Assembly (NCBI GenBank): GCA_964484655.1 | Contig: CAZAFA010000001.1 | Span: 97,518-161,517 of the forward strand | DNA from: an uncultured Candidatus Saccharibacteria bacterium | Lineage (GTDB): Bacteria > Patescibacteriota > Minisyncoccia > UBA6257 > 2-01-FULL-56-20 | Direction: 5' to 3' | DNA: 64,000 nucleotides | Part shown: positions 1 to 7,802 of the stretch, piece after piece | Numbering within the stretch: the first letter of the stretch is position 1 | How the letters are laid out: the number at the start of each line of letters is the position of its first letter | Translations under genes and position numbers: made by a program | Notes under the pieces: generated by a model | The model's input: only the letters and a program-made list of their open reading frames with translations | The model's database searches: none | What the model was told of the DNA's origin: nothing

Positions 1-158
1 TCCCGGTCATGACCCACGGCCGCTCCCTCGAGGAGCTGATCGAGAACATGGAAAGGGCGATCGCGCTGTTCCTCAGCGAGGACGGCCTGGCGCCGGGGCC
101 GGGTGAGGAGGAGTCCGTGGTCGCGGTGCGGATCGCCCTTCCGGACTGCCCGGCGTAG
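1..158 (+). CDS. HicB-family antitoxin-like protein, 3' part (5' end outside window)
   Basis: Hand translation from nt 3: PVMTHGRSLEELIENMERAIALFLSEDG...PDCPA*, resembling the HicB 'TxGxTxEEAxxNxxEAIxLYL' signature. Confidence 0.6.
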   Translation, partial: PVMTHGRSLEELIENMERAIALFLSEDGLAPGPGEEESVVAVRIALPDCPA

Positions 159-199
159 GTATTGCGTAGTCGGGGGTTTTCCAGTACTGTGCCCCGGCA

Positions 200-595
200 A
201 TGCTTTCACTCAAGCTCCAGCGCATCGGACGCCGCCACCAGCCCGCTTACCGGGTCGTGGTAGCCGAGAGCCGCTCCAAGCTCATCGCGCCTCCGATCGA
301 GGACCTGGGCTCCTACAACCCGTTCACGAAGGCACTCAACGTCAAGGCTGATCGCGTCCAGTACTGGGTCGGCGTCGGCGCTCAGCCGACGGTGACGGTC
401 CACAACCTGCTCGCCAAGGGGGGCATCCTGGACGCGAAGCCGATCAAGCTCGCCATGCCGCCGAAGCCTCCGGTTGAGGAGCAGCCGGAAGAGACCCCCG
501 CCGCAGTAGCGGAGACGCCCGCGGCGGAGGAGCCTGCCGCCACGGAGGCGAGCGAGGAAGCGGCAGGCGATGCCGCCGAGGAGGCCGAAGCGTAA
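200..595 (+). CDS. rpsP: 30S ribosomal protein S16 with acidic C-terminal tail
   Basis: MLSLKLQRIGRRHQPAYRVVVAESR...IEDLGSYNP...GAQPTVTV is a typical S16. Confidence 0.97.
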   Translation: MLSLKLQRIGRRHQPAYRVVVAESRSKLIAPPIEDLGSYNPFTKALNVKADRVQYWVGVGAQPTVTVHNLLAKGGILDAKPIKLAMPPKPPVEEQPEETPAAVAETPAAEEPAATEASEEAAGDAAEEAEA

Positions 596-642
596 GCTCC
601 GGCCTCTGCTATACTGCACGCGCATTCGCAACACCGACTGAT

Positions 643-930
643 ATGAGCAACCACGCCGATACCGCATTCCTGGAATACGTCGTCCAGTCGCTCGTCGATC
701 ATCCCGACGAGGTGAAGGTCGAGCGCAAGGTTGACGAACGCGGCGTCCTCCTGACCCTGCACGTGAATCCGCAGGACATGGGATACATCGTCGGCCGCGG
801 CGGCACGACCGCGAAGGCGATCCGGACGCTGCTGCGTATCGTCGGCATCCGCAACAACGCGCGCGTGAACCTCAAGGTGGAGGAGCCCGAGGGGAGCGGC
901 CGGCGCCGCTCGTTCGAGCCCAGCGAGTAG
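643..930 (+). CDS. khpA: KH-domain RNA-binding protein (KhpA/YlqC)
   Basis: LVDHPDEV...DMGYIVGRGGTTAKAIRTLL; conserved position after rpsP. Confidence 0.92.
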   Translation: MSNHADTAFLEYVVQSLVDHPDEVKVERKVDERGVLLTLHVNPQDMGYIVGRGGTTAKAIRTLLRIVGIRNNARVNLKVEEPEGSGRRRSFEPSE

Positions 931-935
931 GCAGG

Positions 936-963
936 AGCGCCGCCGGAAGGCGGCGCTGCCTTT
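936..963 (+). terminator. Probable intrinsic terminator after khpA
   Basis: AGCGCCGCC-GGAA-GGCGGCGCT hairpin followed by GCCTTT. Confidence 0.6.
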
Positions 964-992
964 ATCGTCCCTTTATCTCCGGTTGATACGAT
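961..992 (+). promoter_or_regulatory. Putative OmpR-type direct-repeat box plus -10 element upstream of the histidine kinase
   Basis: TTTATC-N5-TTTATC-N9-TACGAT; same layout recurs at 13991-14022. Confidence 0.6.
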
Positions 993-999
993 GATCCGC

Positions 1000-2529
1000 A
1001 TGGATCTCGTCGTCGGATTGGCAGTGAGCGCCTATGCCTTCGGCCTCGGCGTCTTCCTGCTCGCGCAGCGGGGCGGGGATGCGTTCCGCTTCGCCGGCGT
1101 GGCGTTCTCCTCGGGGGCGTACGTGCTCTCGCTGACGCTGCTGTTCTTCACCGAGCGCTTCGTCTTCAGTCATGCCGCGATCCTCTCGGGTGCCGCGACC
1201 TTGGCCGCGATCTTCCTCTTCTCGATCTCGTTCCGCCGCCAGCCGCGCCCCTGGGAGTACGCGCTCGCGCTGCCGCTCCTCGGTCTCGCCGCCGCCGACC
1301 TGTCGGGCGCTTTCGTCATCGGCATCCGGCACGGGCCGGACGGCATCGCGCCCGTGCACGGGCCGTACGCTCCGGCGCTCCTTCTCGTGACGCTCGGGTA
1401 CGCGCTCGCGAGCCTCGTGATGCTCTACCGGGCGCGCTATCGCTCACGCGGGCGCTGGCACCAGCAGGCGCGCTACGTATTCCTCGCGCTGCTGGTGCTC
1501 CTCGCGAGCATCCTCGCGTTCAACGTCGCCGCTCCGCTCCGCGGCATGGCCGACGCGAACATGATGACTGCGCTCAGTCTCCTCGCGTTCCTCGCCATAG
1601 TCACCTACGCGCTGACGCATCGCGGGCTCTTCTCGGCGCGGCTCCTGCTCACAGGCGCCACGGCCGCCGCGCTCGCCCCGGTCTGCGCGGCGCTCGGCAT
1701 CGGCGCAGGCTTCGCCTTCGTCGCGATCCTGCGGATCCCGCCGAGCGAGCCGGTGCTCCTGACCGTCGCAGCTCTGGGCGCCGCCGCCGGCATCGCCTTC
1801 GCCGAGACGATCAGGCCGAGGAGCGCGCTGTTCCTGCAGCGCGTGCTCGGCGACCGTCCGACGCATGGACAGGAAGCGGAGCGGCGGATGATCGCGGAGA
1901 TCGTGCACGACCTACAGACGCCGCTCGCGGTCCTGCGTACGGAGACCGAGGGAGCGGGGCTCGAGCCCTTGCCGCGCGCACGCGCGCTGCGCGCCGTCGA
2001 CGACTTGAGCGCGCGCATCCGCCGCCTCGCGGAATTCGCCCGCGCCGGCATGCCGGTCAGGCAGGCGGCGGAACCGGTCCGGCTGGACCGGATCGTCGCC
2101 GAGGTCGCCGAGTATGTCGGCGTGGTCGCAGCTGAGCGCGGCGTGCGTCTCGCGCTGGAGACCAATCAGGTCCGCGTACGCGGAAGGCGCGCGGACCTGG
2201 AGGCGCTCGTGACGAACCTGCTGAGCAACGCGCTCGAGCACGCGTCGCGCGGTACCGCGCCTCACGAGGTCTTCATCTCCTGCGGGAGCGAGCATGAGCA
2301 TGCGGTGCTTAAGGTAGGGGATACCGGTCCCGGGATGCCGGCAGCGGAGCGCGCACGCGCCTGCGAGCCGTTCTACCGGGCGCCGGGGACGCGAGGCAGC
2401 CCCGGCATGGGCCTCGGCCTCGCGATCGCGCGCCAGGTCGCCGTCGCGCACGGCGGCACGCTCGCTCTCGACGAGCGTCCCGGCGGCGGCCTGCTCGCGA
2501 CGGCGCGCCTGCCCGAGCTGGTACACTGA
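1000..2529 (+). CDS. Membrane sensor histidine kinase (multi-TM N-terminus, HisKA + HATPase)
   Basis: H-box IVHDLQTPL, N-box NLLSNALEH, DTGPGM and GMGLGLAI motifs; start moved to ATG 1000 because ATG 991 overlaps the -10. Confidence 0.9.
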   Translation: MDLVVGLAVSAYAFGLGVFLLAQRGGDAFRFAGVAFSSGAYVLSLTLLFFTERFVFSHAAILSGAATLAAIFLFSISFRRQPRPWEYALALPLLGLAAADLSGAFVIGIRHGPDGIAPVHGPYAPALLLVTLGYALASLVMLYRARYRSRGRWHQQARYVFLALLVLLASILAFNVAAPLRGMADANMMTALSLLAFLAIVTYALTHRGLFSARLLLTGATAAALAPVCAALGIGAGFAFVAILRIPPSEPVLLTVAALGAAAGIAFAETIRPRSALFLQRVLGDRPTHGQEAERRMIAEIVHDLQTPLAVLRTETEGAGLEPLPRARALRAVDDLSARIRRLAEFARAGMPVRQAAEPVRLDRIVAEVAEYVGVVAAERGVRLALETNQVRVRGRRADLEALVTNLLSNALEHASRGTAPHEVFISCGSEHEHAVLKVGDTGPGMPAAERARACEPFYRAPGTRGSPGMGLGLAIARQVAVAHGGTLALDERPGGGLLATARLPELVH

Positions 2530-2533
2530 GCCC

Positions 2534-3286
2534 ATGCCACGCACGTACGCCCTCCCTTCCACCGATCTCATGCTCAGCCATGCGCCGCAGCCGTACCGCA
2601 TCGCCGTCCGCGACCTCCCGCGCGAGGAGCGCCCGCGGGAGAGGCTCGTCGAGCGCGGCCCCCAGGAGCTGAGCATGGCCGAGCTGCTCGCCGTCGTCTT
2701 CGGCGTCGGCAGCAGGGGAGAGGAGGTCCTCGCGCTCAGCCACCGCATCCTGCGCGAGTACGGCGAGCGCGCCGTCACCGAGCAGCGCGACGCGCGCGTG
2801 CTCGCCGCGGCCGCGGATATCCCGCTCGGGAAGGCGGCGCAGCTGATCGCCTGCTTCGAGCTGGGGCGGAGGCTCTTCCGCGATCCCGCGCCGGGCGGGC
2901 AGCAGGTCATACTGCGCGGGATCGAGCAGGTGGTCGCGCACGTCGGTTCGATGCGCGGCCTCGCCAAGGAGCAGCTGCGCGGCCTCTACCTCAACGCGCA
3001 CTTCGGCGTCATCCACGAGGAGGTCCTCTCCGTCGGCACGCTCACCGGGAGCCTCGTGCATCCCCGCGAGGTCTTTCAGCCGGCGCTCGCGTACGGCGCT
3101 TCCGCGCTCATCCTCGTGCACAACCATCCCTCGGGCGTGGCGGAGCCGAGCGATGCCGATCTTGCCGTCACCGCCCAGATCGTCGCGGCCGGCCGCATCC
3201 TCGGCATCGCCGTGCTCGATCACGTGATCGTCACCAAGCACTCATTCACCAGCATCCCCGCATCCTACGATGAACCACAACCGTGA
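2534..3286 (+). CDS. radC: RadC / JAB-domain protein
   Basis: ERPRERL, VHPREVF, HNHPSG..EPS.AD, LDHVIV motifs. Confidence 0.93.
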   Translation: MPRTYALPSTDLMLSHAPQPYRIAVRDLPREERPRERLVERGPQELSMAELLAVVFGVGSRGEEVLALSHRILREYGERAVTEQRDARVLAAAADIPLGKAAQLIACFELGRRLFRDPAPGGQQVILRGIEQVVAHVGSMRGLAKEQLRGLYLNAHFGVIHEEVLSVGTLTGSLVHPREVFQPALAYGASALILVHNHPSGVAEPSDADLAVTAQIVAAGRILGIAVLDHVIVTKHSFTSIPASYDEPQP

Positions 3287-3560
3287 CTACCGCCTCTCGC
3301 CGGCGCTGCTCGTGACCGCCGACGGGTGGATCGCCCACTCGCTGCTCGTCCGTGACGAGCCGGTCTCTGCGCGCCGCCTCCGCGAGCATCTCGCCGCGGT
3401 ACATGCGCGCCTCGTCGACCGCCTCGGCGGCCTGGTCGAGCGTGAGACGGCGCCGCAGCGCCGCGAGGAGCGCGAGCTCCGCTTCATGCTCGACGAGCTC
3501 ATAGAGGCCCTCCACCGGCTCGCGGCGGAGCGCGATCCCGGATCCGACGTGGTATCCTGA
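3270..3560 (+). CDS. Hypothetical protein
   Basis: 96-aa ORF with host-like codon usage packed between radC and the transporter. Confidence 0.6.
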   Translation: MNHNRDYRLSPALLVTADGWIAHSLLVRDEPVSARRLREHLAAVHARLVDRLGGLVERETAPQRREERELRFMLDELIEALHRLAAERDPGSDVVS

Positions 3561-3565
3561 TACCC

Positions 3566-4624
3566 ATGACAGCGCGCCGCGAAGCCCGCTTCCTCCTGTT
3601 CTCGCTGCTGGCGGTCGCCGCCCTCGTGGCGATGATCGTCCTGCCGTACGTGAACACGCTCACGCTCGCCGTGGTGCTCGGCATCGTGTTCTCGCCGCTC
3701 GCCGGACGCCTCCGGAAAGCCGTGCGGAGCGAAGCGCTCGCGGCTGGCCTGACGCTGCTGATCGCGCTCATCCTGGTCATCACGCCGCTCGCGTTCTTCG
3801 GCTACCAGGCGGGACAGGAGGCCTTCGGCCTCTACGAGCGGCTGACGCGCGACCACACGTTCGGGGAGCTGAGCACGGCCTCCCTGCCGCTGCAGCGCCT
3901 CACGGGCGCCCTTCCTGAGGGAATCCGCGGGCTCGTTCCCGAGACGCTCGACCTCGGTCCCATACTGCGATCGGCAGGCGCCTGGATCGTCGAGCGCGCC
4001 GGATCCCTGTTCGGGATCCTCACGAGCCTCGCCCTCGAGCTCTTCCTGCTGATCATCGGCACGTACTACGTCATCAAGGACGGGCGGCGCTTCGTGGACT
4101 ACCTGGTCGGCCTCGTGCCGCTCGAGGCTTCCTACGACCGCGTGCTCTTCGACAAGCTGCACGCGAGCGTGATCTCGGTCGTCCGCGGCGCGCTCGTCAT
4201 CGCCGTCATCCAGGGCGCGGCGGCGGGCCTCGGATTCTTCGTCTTCGGCGTCCCGAACGCGGCGCTCTGGGGAGCGGCGACGACCGTGGCCGCGCTCATC
4301 CCGATCGTGGGCACCTCGATCACGCTCGTGCCTGCCGTGGCCTACCTCGTGCTGACCGGCCAGCCCGTGCTCGCCGCATTCCTCGCGCTCTGGGGCGTCC
4401 TCATCGTGGGCCTCGTGGACAACTTCTTCCGCGGACAGGTCATGAAGCGGGGCATGGACATCCACCCGTTCTTCATCCTGCTCTCCGTGCTCGGCGGCCT
4501 CGAGTTCTTCGGGCCGATCGGCTTCATCTCCGGTCCGCTCCTGCTCTCGGTCCTCGTGGCGCTCCTCGACATCTACAAGAGCTTCAGGGGACGCCTTGAC
4601 GCGCCTGCTACACTGAACCCATGA
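3566..4624 (+). CDS. AI-2E family (PerM/UPF0118) transporter
   Basis: Multi-TM; LIPIVGT, LVDNFFR, IHPFFILLSVLGGLEFFGPIGFISGP motifs. Confidence 0.92.
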   Translation: MTARREARFLLFSLLAVAALVAMIVLPYVNTLTLAVVLGIVFSPLAGRLRKAVRSEALAAGLTLLIALILVITPLAFFGYQAGQEAFGLYERLTRDHTFGELSTASLPLQRLTGALPEGIRGLVPETLDLGPILRSAGAWIVERAGSLFGILTSLALELFLLIIGTYYVIKDGRRFVDYLVGLVPLEASYDRVLFDKLHASVISVVRGALVIAVIQGAAAGLGFFVFGVPNAALWGAATTVAALIPIVGTSITLVPAVAYLVLTGQPVLAAFLALWGVLIVGLVDNFFRGQVMKRGMDIHPFFILLSVLGGLEFFGPIGFISGPLLLSVLVALLDIYKSFRGRLDAPATLNP

Positions 4625-4875
4625 AGCGCGTAACGATCTATACCACACACAACTGCCATTTCTGTCACCTGGCCAAGGAGTACTTCAAGCAGCACAACGT
4701 GCCCTACCAGGAGAAGGACGTGGAGACGGACGTCGCCGCGCAGCGCGAGATGATCGAGAAGACCGGCCAGTTCGGCGTGCCGGTCATCGAGCTCGCCGAG
4801 GAGGACGGGAGCAACCCGCAGTACGTGATCGGCTTCGAGCGCGAGCTCCTGGCTCGCGAGCTTTCCATCGCCTAG
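4621..4875 (+). CDS. Glutaredoxin / NrdH-like protein
   Basis: CHFC active site; GQFGVPVI motif. Confidence 0.92.
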   Translation: MKRVTIYTTHNCHFCHLAKEYFKQHNVPYQEKDVETDVAAQREMIEKTGQFGVPVIELAEEDGSNPQYVIGFERELLARELSIA

Positions 4876-4880
4876 GAGGC

Positions 4881-5222
4881 GTGGCGTTCCTGCCGCACGC
4901 CCGGAACCTGATCTGGACGGCGCACAGCCGTGACAAGATGCGCCAGTACCGTCTCGGTGAGGGGCGCATCCGGCGCATCCTCAACAGCCCGCACCGCGTC
5001 GAGGAGGGGATAGCGGAAGGCACCGTCGCGATGATGCAGCGGAGCGACGGCAAGAACCCGTACGAGCTCTGGGTGATGATCGTCGACGAGCAGAAGGGGC
5101 GGAAGGTGATCTCCGCCTGGCGCTACCCGGGCGTGACCGAGCCGCGGAACGAGCTGCCCGCAGCCGTGAAGCACGGCCTCCAGCGGGCTATCGAGGAGGC
5201 GCTTGGGGAAAACGGCGTTTGA
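4881..5222 (+). CDS. DUF4258/BrnT-like (RelE-fold) hypothetical protein
   Basis: WTAHSRDKM...KVISAWR pattern; family assignment is tentative. Confidence 0.55.
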   Translation: MAFLPHARNLIWTAHSRDKMRQYRLGEGRIRRILNSPHRVEEGIAEGTVAMMQRSDGKNPYELWVMIVDEQKGRKVISAWRYPGVTEPRNELPAAVKHGLQRAIEEALGENGV

Positions 5223-5246
5223 CACGCGTCAGGCCCGGCGTACCAT
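5219..5246 (+). promoter_or_regulatory. Sigma70-type promoter of the pepA leader
   Basis: TTGACA-N16-TACCAT. Confidence 0.65.
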
Positions 5247-5253
5247 TCCTGAC

Positions 5254-5334
5254 ATGGCGCAAGCCACCAATTCCCGCATCTGGTCCGTTACGTGCATGCA
5301 CGCAGTGTTTGCGCGTCTTTACGTATCCAGATAG
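5254..5334 (+). CDS. Putative leaderless leader peptide A (MAQATNSRIWSVTCMHAVFARLYVSR)
   Basis: ATG 7 nt after the -10; lies inside attenuator-like pairings; resembles the peptide at 7282-7368. Confidence 0.5.
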   Translation: MAQATNSRIWSVTCMHAVFARLYVSR

Positions 5335-5370
5335 CGGGAAGGTTTCGTCTACAGCATCCAACGTACCTGT

Positions 5371-5407
5371 ACACCTCCTCCCCGCATCGCGGGGAGGAGG
5401 TGTTTTT
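5371..5407 (+). terminator. Attenuator terminator upstream of pepA
   Basis: 15-bp perfect stem ACACCTCCTCCCCGC/GCGGGGAGGAGGTGT followed by TTTT; the right arm contains GGAGG. Confidence 0.8.
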
Positions 5408-5413
5408 CATCCC

Positions 5414-6865
5414 ATGACCATCACCCCCACCACAGAACCCGACGCTGACGCCGTGCCTGCCGTGATCCTCGCCGGCCCGGCGCCGGCGGGCGCGTTCGGC
5501 GCGGGCCGGCTCTCCAAGGCCGACGCCGCCTATCTCGCGACCGCGCTCGCCAGCGAGCACCGGCCCGACTTCGCGCGCCTGACGACGCTGCCGAGCGGCG
5601 CGCGCGCCATCGTGCTGCGCTCACGGAGCAAGCTGACGCACCGTGCGCTCATCCGCGCCGTGCGACGCGTCGTGCGCATCGCGCTCGAGGAGCGGATCCC
5701 GTCGATCGCGCTGCCGTTCGACGCCCTCGCCGCAGGGAGCGCCTACGCGCCGCCGCAGCTCGCCGAGGTCGTCGCGACGCAGGTCCTGCTGGCATCCTTC
5801 GACTACGTCGCGTACAAGGCGCCTCCCGCGGAGGGCTGGTTCGCGTTCGAGCGCGTCGCTCTGGTGACCCGGTTCCCGCGCAGGATCGCGCGAGCGGCCG
5901 AAGCCGGCGTGATCGTCGGCGAGGAGAGCAACGCGGCGCGGGCGCTCTCCAACACGCCGGGAGGGGACATGACGCCGGCGCTGCTCGCGGAGCACGCGAA
6001 GCGGCTCGCCCGCATCCCGGGCGTGCGCGTGAAGGTGCTGGACGCCGTTGCCATGGAGAAGCTCGGCATGGGCGGGGTGCTCGGCGTCGGGCGCGGATCG
6101 GCCGTGCCTCCGCGTTTCATCGTCGCGGAATACCGCGGCGGCGGCGATGCGGCGCCGACGGTCCTCGTCGGCAAGGGCGTCACCTTCGATACGGGCGGCA
6201 TCAACATCAAGGTGGCCGGCGCGAGCTACGAGATGCACCTCGACATGTCCGGCGGCGCCACGGTGCTGCACGCGCTTGCCGCGCTCGCGCGCATGAAGGC
6301 GAAGCGCAACGTCGTGGCGCTCGTGCCCGCGGTCGAGAACATGCCATCCGGCGAGAGCTACCGCCCCGGCGACCTCCTCAGGTCCCTCTCGGGCAAGACG
6401 ATCGAGGTGCTCAACACGGACGCCGAGGGACGGGTCATCCTCGCCGACGCGCTCACGTACGCGGAGCGGTACAAGCCGAGGGAGGTCGTCGACGTCGCGA
6501 CGCTGACCGGTGCCGCGGTCGTCTCGCTGGGCCTGCGCATGTCCGGGCTCTTCACCCCTGACGACGCCTTCGCGGACCGCCTCAGGGCGGCCGGCGACCT
6601 CGCGGGTGATCCCGTCTGGCGGCTTCCGCTCTGGGAGGAGCACGAGGGCGAAGTGAAGGGAACCTTCGGCGACGTCGCGAACATGGGCAAGCACAAGACG
6701 TACGGCGGCGCGATCGCGGGAGCGGCCTTCCTCTGGCAGTTCGCCAAGGCGTACCGCTGGGCGCATATCGACATCGCTCCACGCATGACCGCCATCGACG
6801 ACGAATGCCTCGGCAAGGGCTCGGTCGCGGCAGGGCTGCAGATGCTCGTCACGTACCTCCGCTAA
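5414..6865 (+). CDS. pepA: Leucyl aminopeptidase (M17)
   Basis: GKGVTFDTGG, DMSGG, NTDAEGR, ATLTGA, HIDIA motifs; start set at ATG 5414, after the terminator. Confidence 0.95.
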   Translation: MTITPTTEPDADAVPAVILAGPAPAGAFGAGRLSKADAAYLATALASEHRPDFARLTTLPSGARAIVLRSRSKLTHRALIRAVRRVVRIALEERIPSIALPFDALAAGSAYAPPQLAEVVATQVLLASFDYVAYKAPPAEGWFAFERVALVTRFPRRIARAAEAGVIVGEESNAARALSNTPGGDMTPALLAEHAKRLARIPGVRVKVLDAVAMEKLGMGGVLGVGRGSAVPPRFIVAEYRGGGDAAPTVLVGKGVTFDTGGINIKVAGASYEMHLDMSGGATVLHALAALARMKAKRNVVALVPAVENMPSGESYRPGDLLRSLSGKTIEVLNTDAEGRVILADALTYAERYKPREVVDVATLTGAAVVSLGLRMSGLFTPDDAFADRLRAAGDLAGDPVWRLPLWEEHEGEVKGTFGDVANMGKHKTYGGAIAGAAFLWQFAKAYRWAHIDIAPRMTAIDDECLGKGSVAAGLQMLVTYLR

Positions 6866-6992
6866 TGCGGCGCGATGCATTTCCAGGGGAGCTCCCGCTG
6901 GCTCCCCTGGAAAGCTGACCCCTGCGAATGGACCCCGGTCGATTCAAGGGACGCAGCTTATACAAAGGAATAATGAGGAGAAGGAGAACGCC

Positions 6993-7199
6993 ATGAAGAA
7001 GAAGGAACTGCCAGGAGAGAAGCAGCGCCGCCGTGCCACGACGCGGCAGCATTCGGACGAGCACGCCGACCGCGGCGAGACCTACGAGGGCGCGACCGAG
7101 CGCGTGGACAGCATAGACGGCACCGGTGCCAGGAGCTCCGGCGGATCGAGCTTCGACGGGTCGGACAGCGGCTACGTCGGCGCGATGCTCGTCGGATGA
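6993..7199 (+). CDS. Small hydrophilic hypothetical protein
   Basis: AGGAG ribosome-binding site upstream; hairpin GAAGCAGC/GCTGCTTC downstream. Confidence 0.55.
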   Translation: MKKKELPGEKQRRRATTRQHSDEHADRGETYEGATERVDSIDGTGARSSGGSSFDGSDSGYVGAMLVG

Positions 7200-7244
7200 G
7201 AAGGAAGCAGCTACGGCTGCTTCTTCGTTGTGCACACGAGCGGT

Positions 7245-7272
7245 TTGACTACGAGGGAAAGCGCGCGATAAT
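7245..7272 (+). promoter_or_regulatory. Sigma70-type promoter of leader B
   Basis: TTGACT-N16-GATAAT. Confidence 0.55.
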
Positions 7273-7281
7273 GAGCGCATC

Positions 7282-7368
7282 ATGCGACGCATGCCCGCCT
7301 CCCGCTTCCAGGCCATCTGCTCGACGGCCATCTTCGCGACCCTTCGTCGCGGGCAGGGGACACGGTAG
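7282..7368 (+). CDS. Putative leader peptide B (MRRMPASRFQAICSTAIFATLRRGQGTR)
   Basis: Starts just after the -10; its 3' codons (GGGCAGGGG) complement the terminator's left arm. Confidence 0.5.
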   Translation: MRRMPASRFQAICSTAIFATLRRGQGTR

Positions 7369-7382
7369 GAAGCGCGCTACTG

Positions 7383-7412
7383 AAACCCCCTGCCCGAACG
7401 GCAGGGGGTTTT
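7383..7412 (+). terminator. Attenuator terminator B
   Basis: AAACCCCCTGCC-N5-GGCAGGGGGTTT then T. Confidence 0.75.
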
Positions 7413-7507
7413 CGTTCGCGGATTGGGATCGTGCCTCGCACTCCCCAGTCCGGGAAACCGGCTGGAGGACGCAGTTCTTTTATTTCAACTCGTAGGAGCA
7501 CGCACAT

Positions 7508-7723
7508 ATGACCGAAGCAACGAAGATTGGCGAGGAGCTATCGCCCATTACGAACGACCTGGACATCGATCCGTTCGGATCGACGTTCGACGCCCTGCAT
7601 GACTCGTCGGCAGGCAACCGGCGGTTCCGCCTCGGCGGAGCCCCGCCCAAGCGCGACCTGGACTCTCTCGCGGACGAGGAGCCACCAGAGAAGCGTTATA
7701 CCGGCAGCGATAGCTGGCGATGA
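7508..7723 (+). CDS. Small acidic hypothetical protein
   Basis: AGGAG ribosome-binding site; followed by AGGCAC-CTCA-GTGCCT-TTTTT terminator. Confidence 0.55.
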   Translation: MTEATKIGEELSPITNDLDIDPFGSTFDALHDSSAGNRRFRLGGAPPKRDLDSLADEEPPEKRYTGSDSWR

Positions 7724-7802
7724 GCGGATCCCCGCTCCCAATACAAATCAGGCACCTCAGTGCCTTTTTTGTTACGCGCGGTGCTGTTAGGATGGCCCGG
7801 CA

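Noticed and set aside
5219-5413. 65-aa N-terminal extension of PepA in the ORF track
   Set aside because: It starts at the -35 TTG and runs through a promoter, leader and terminator; ATG 5414 fits better.
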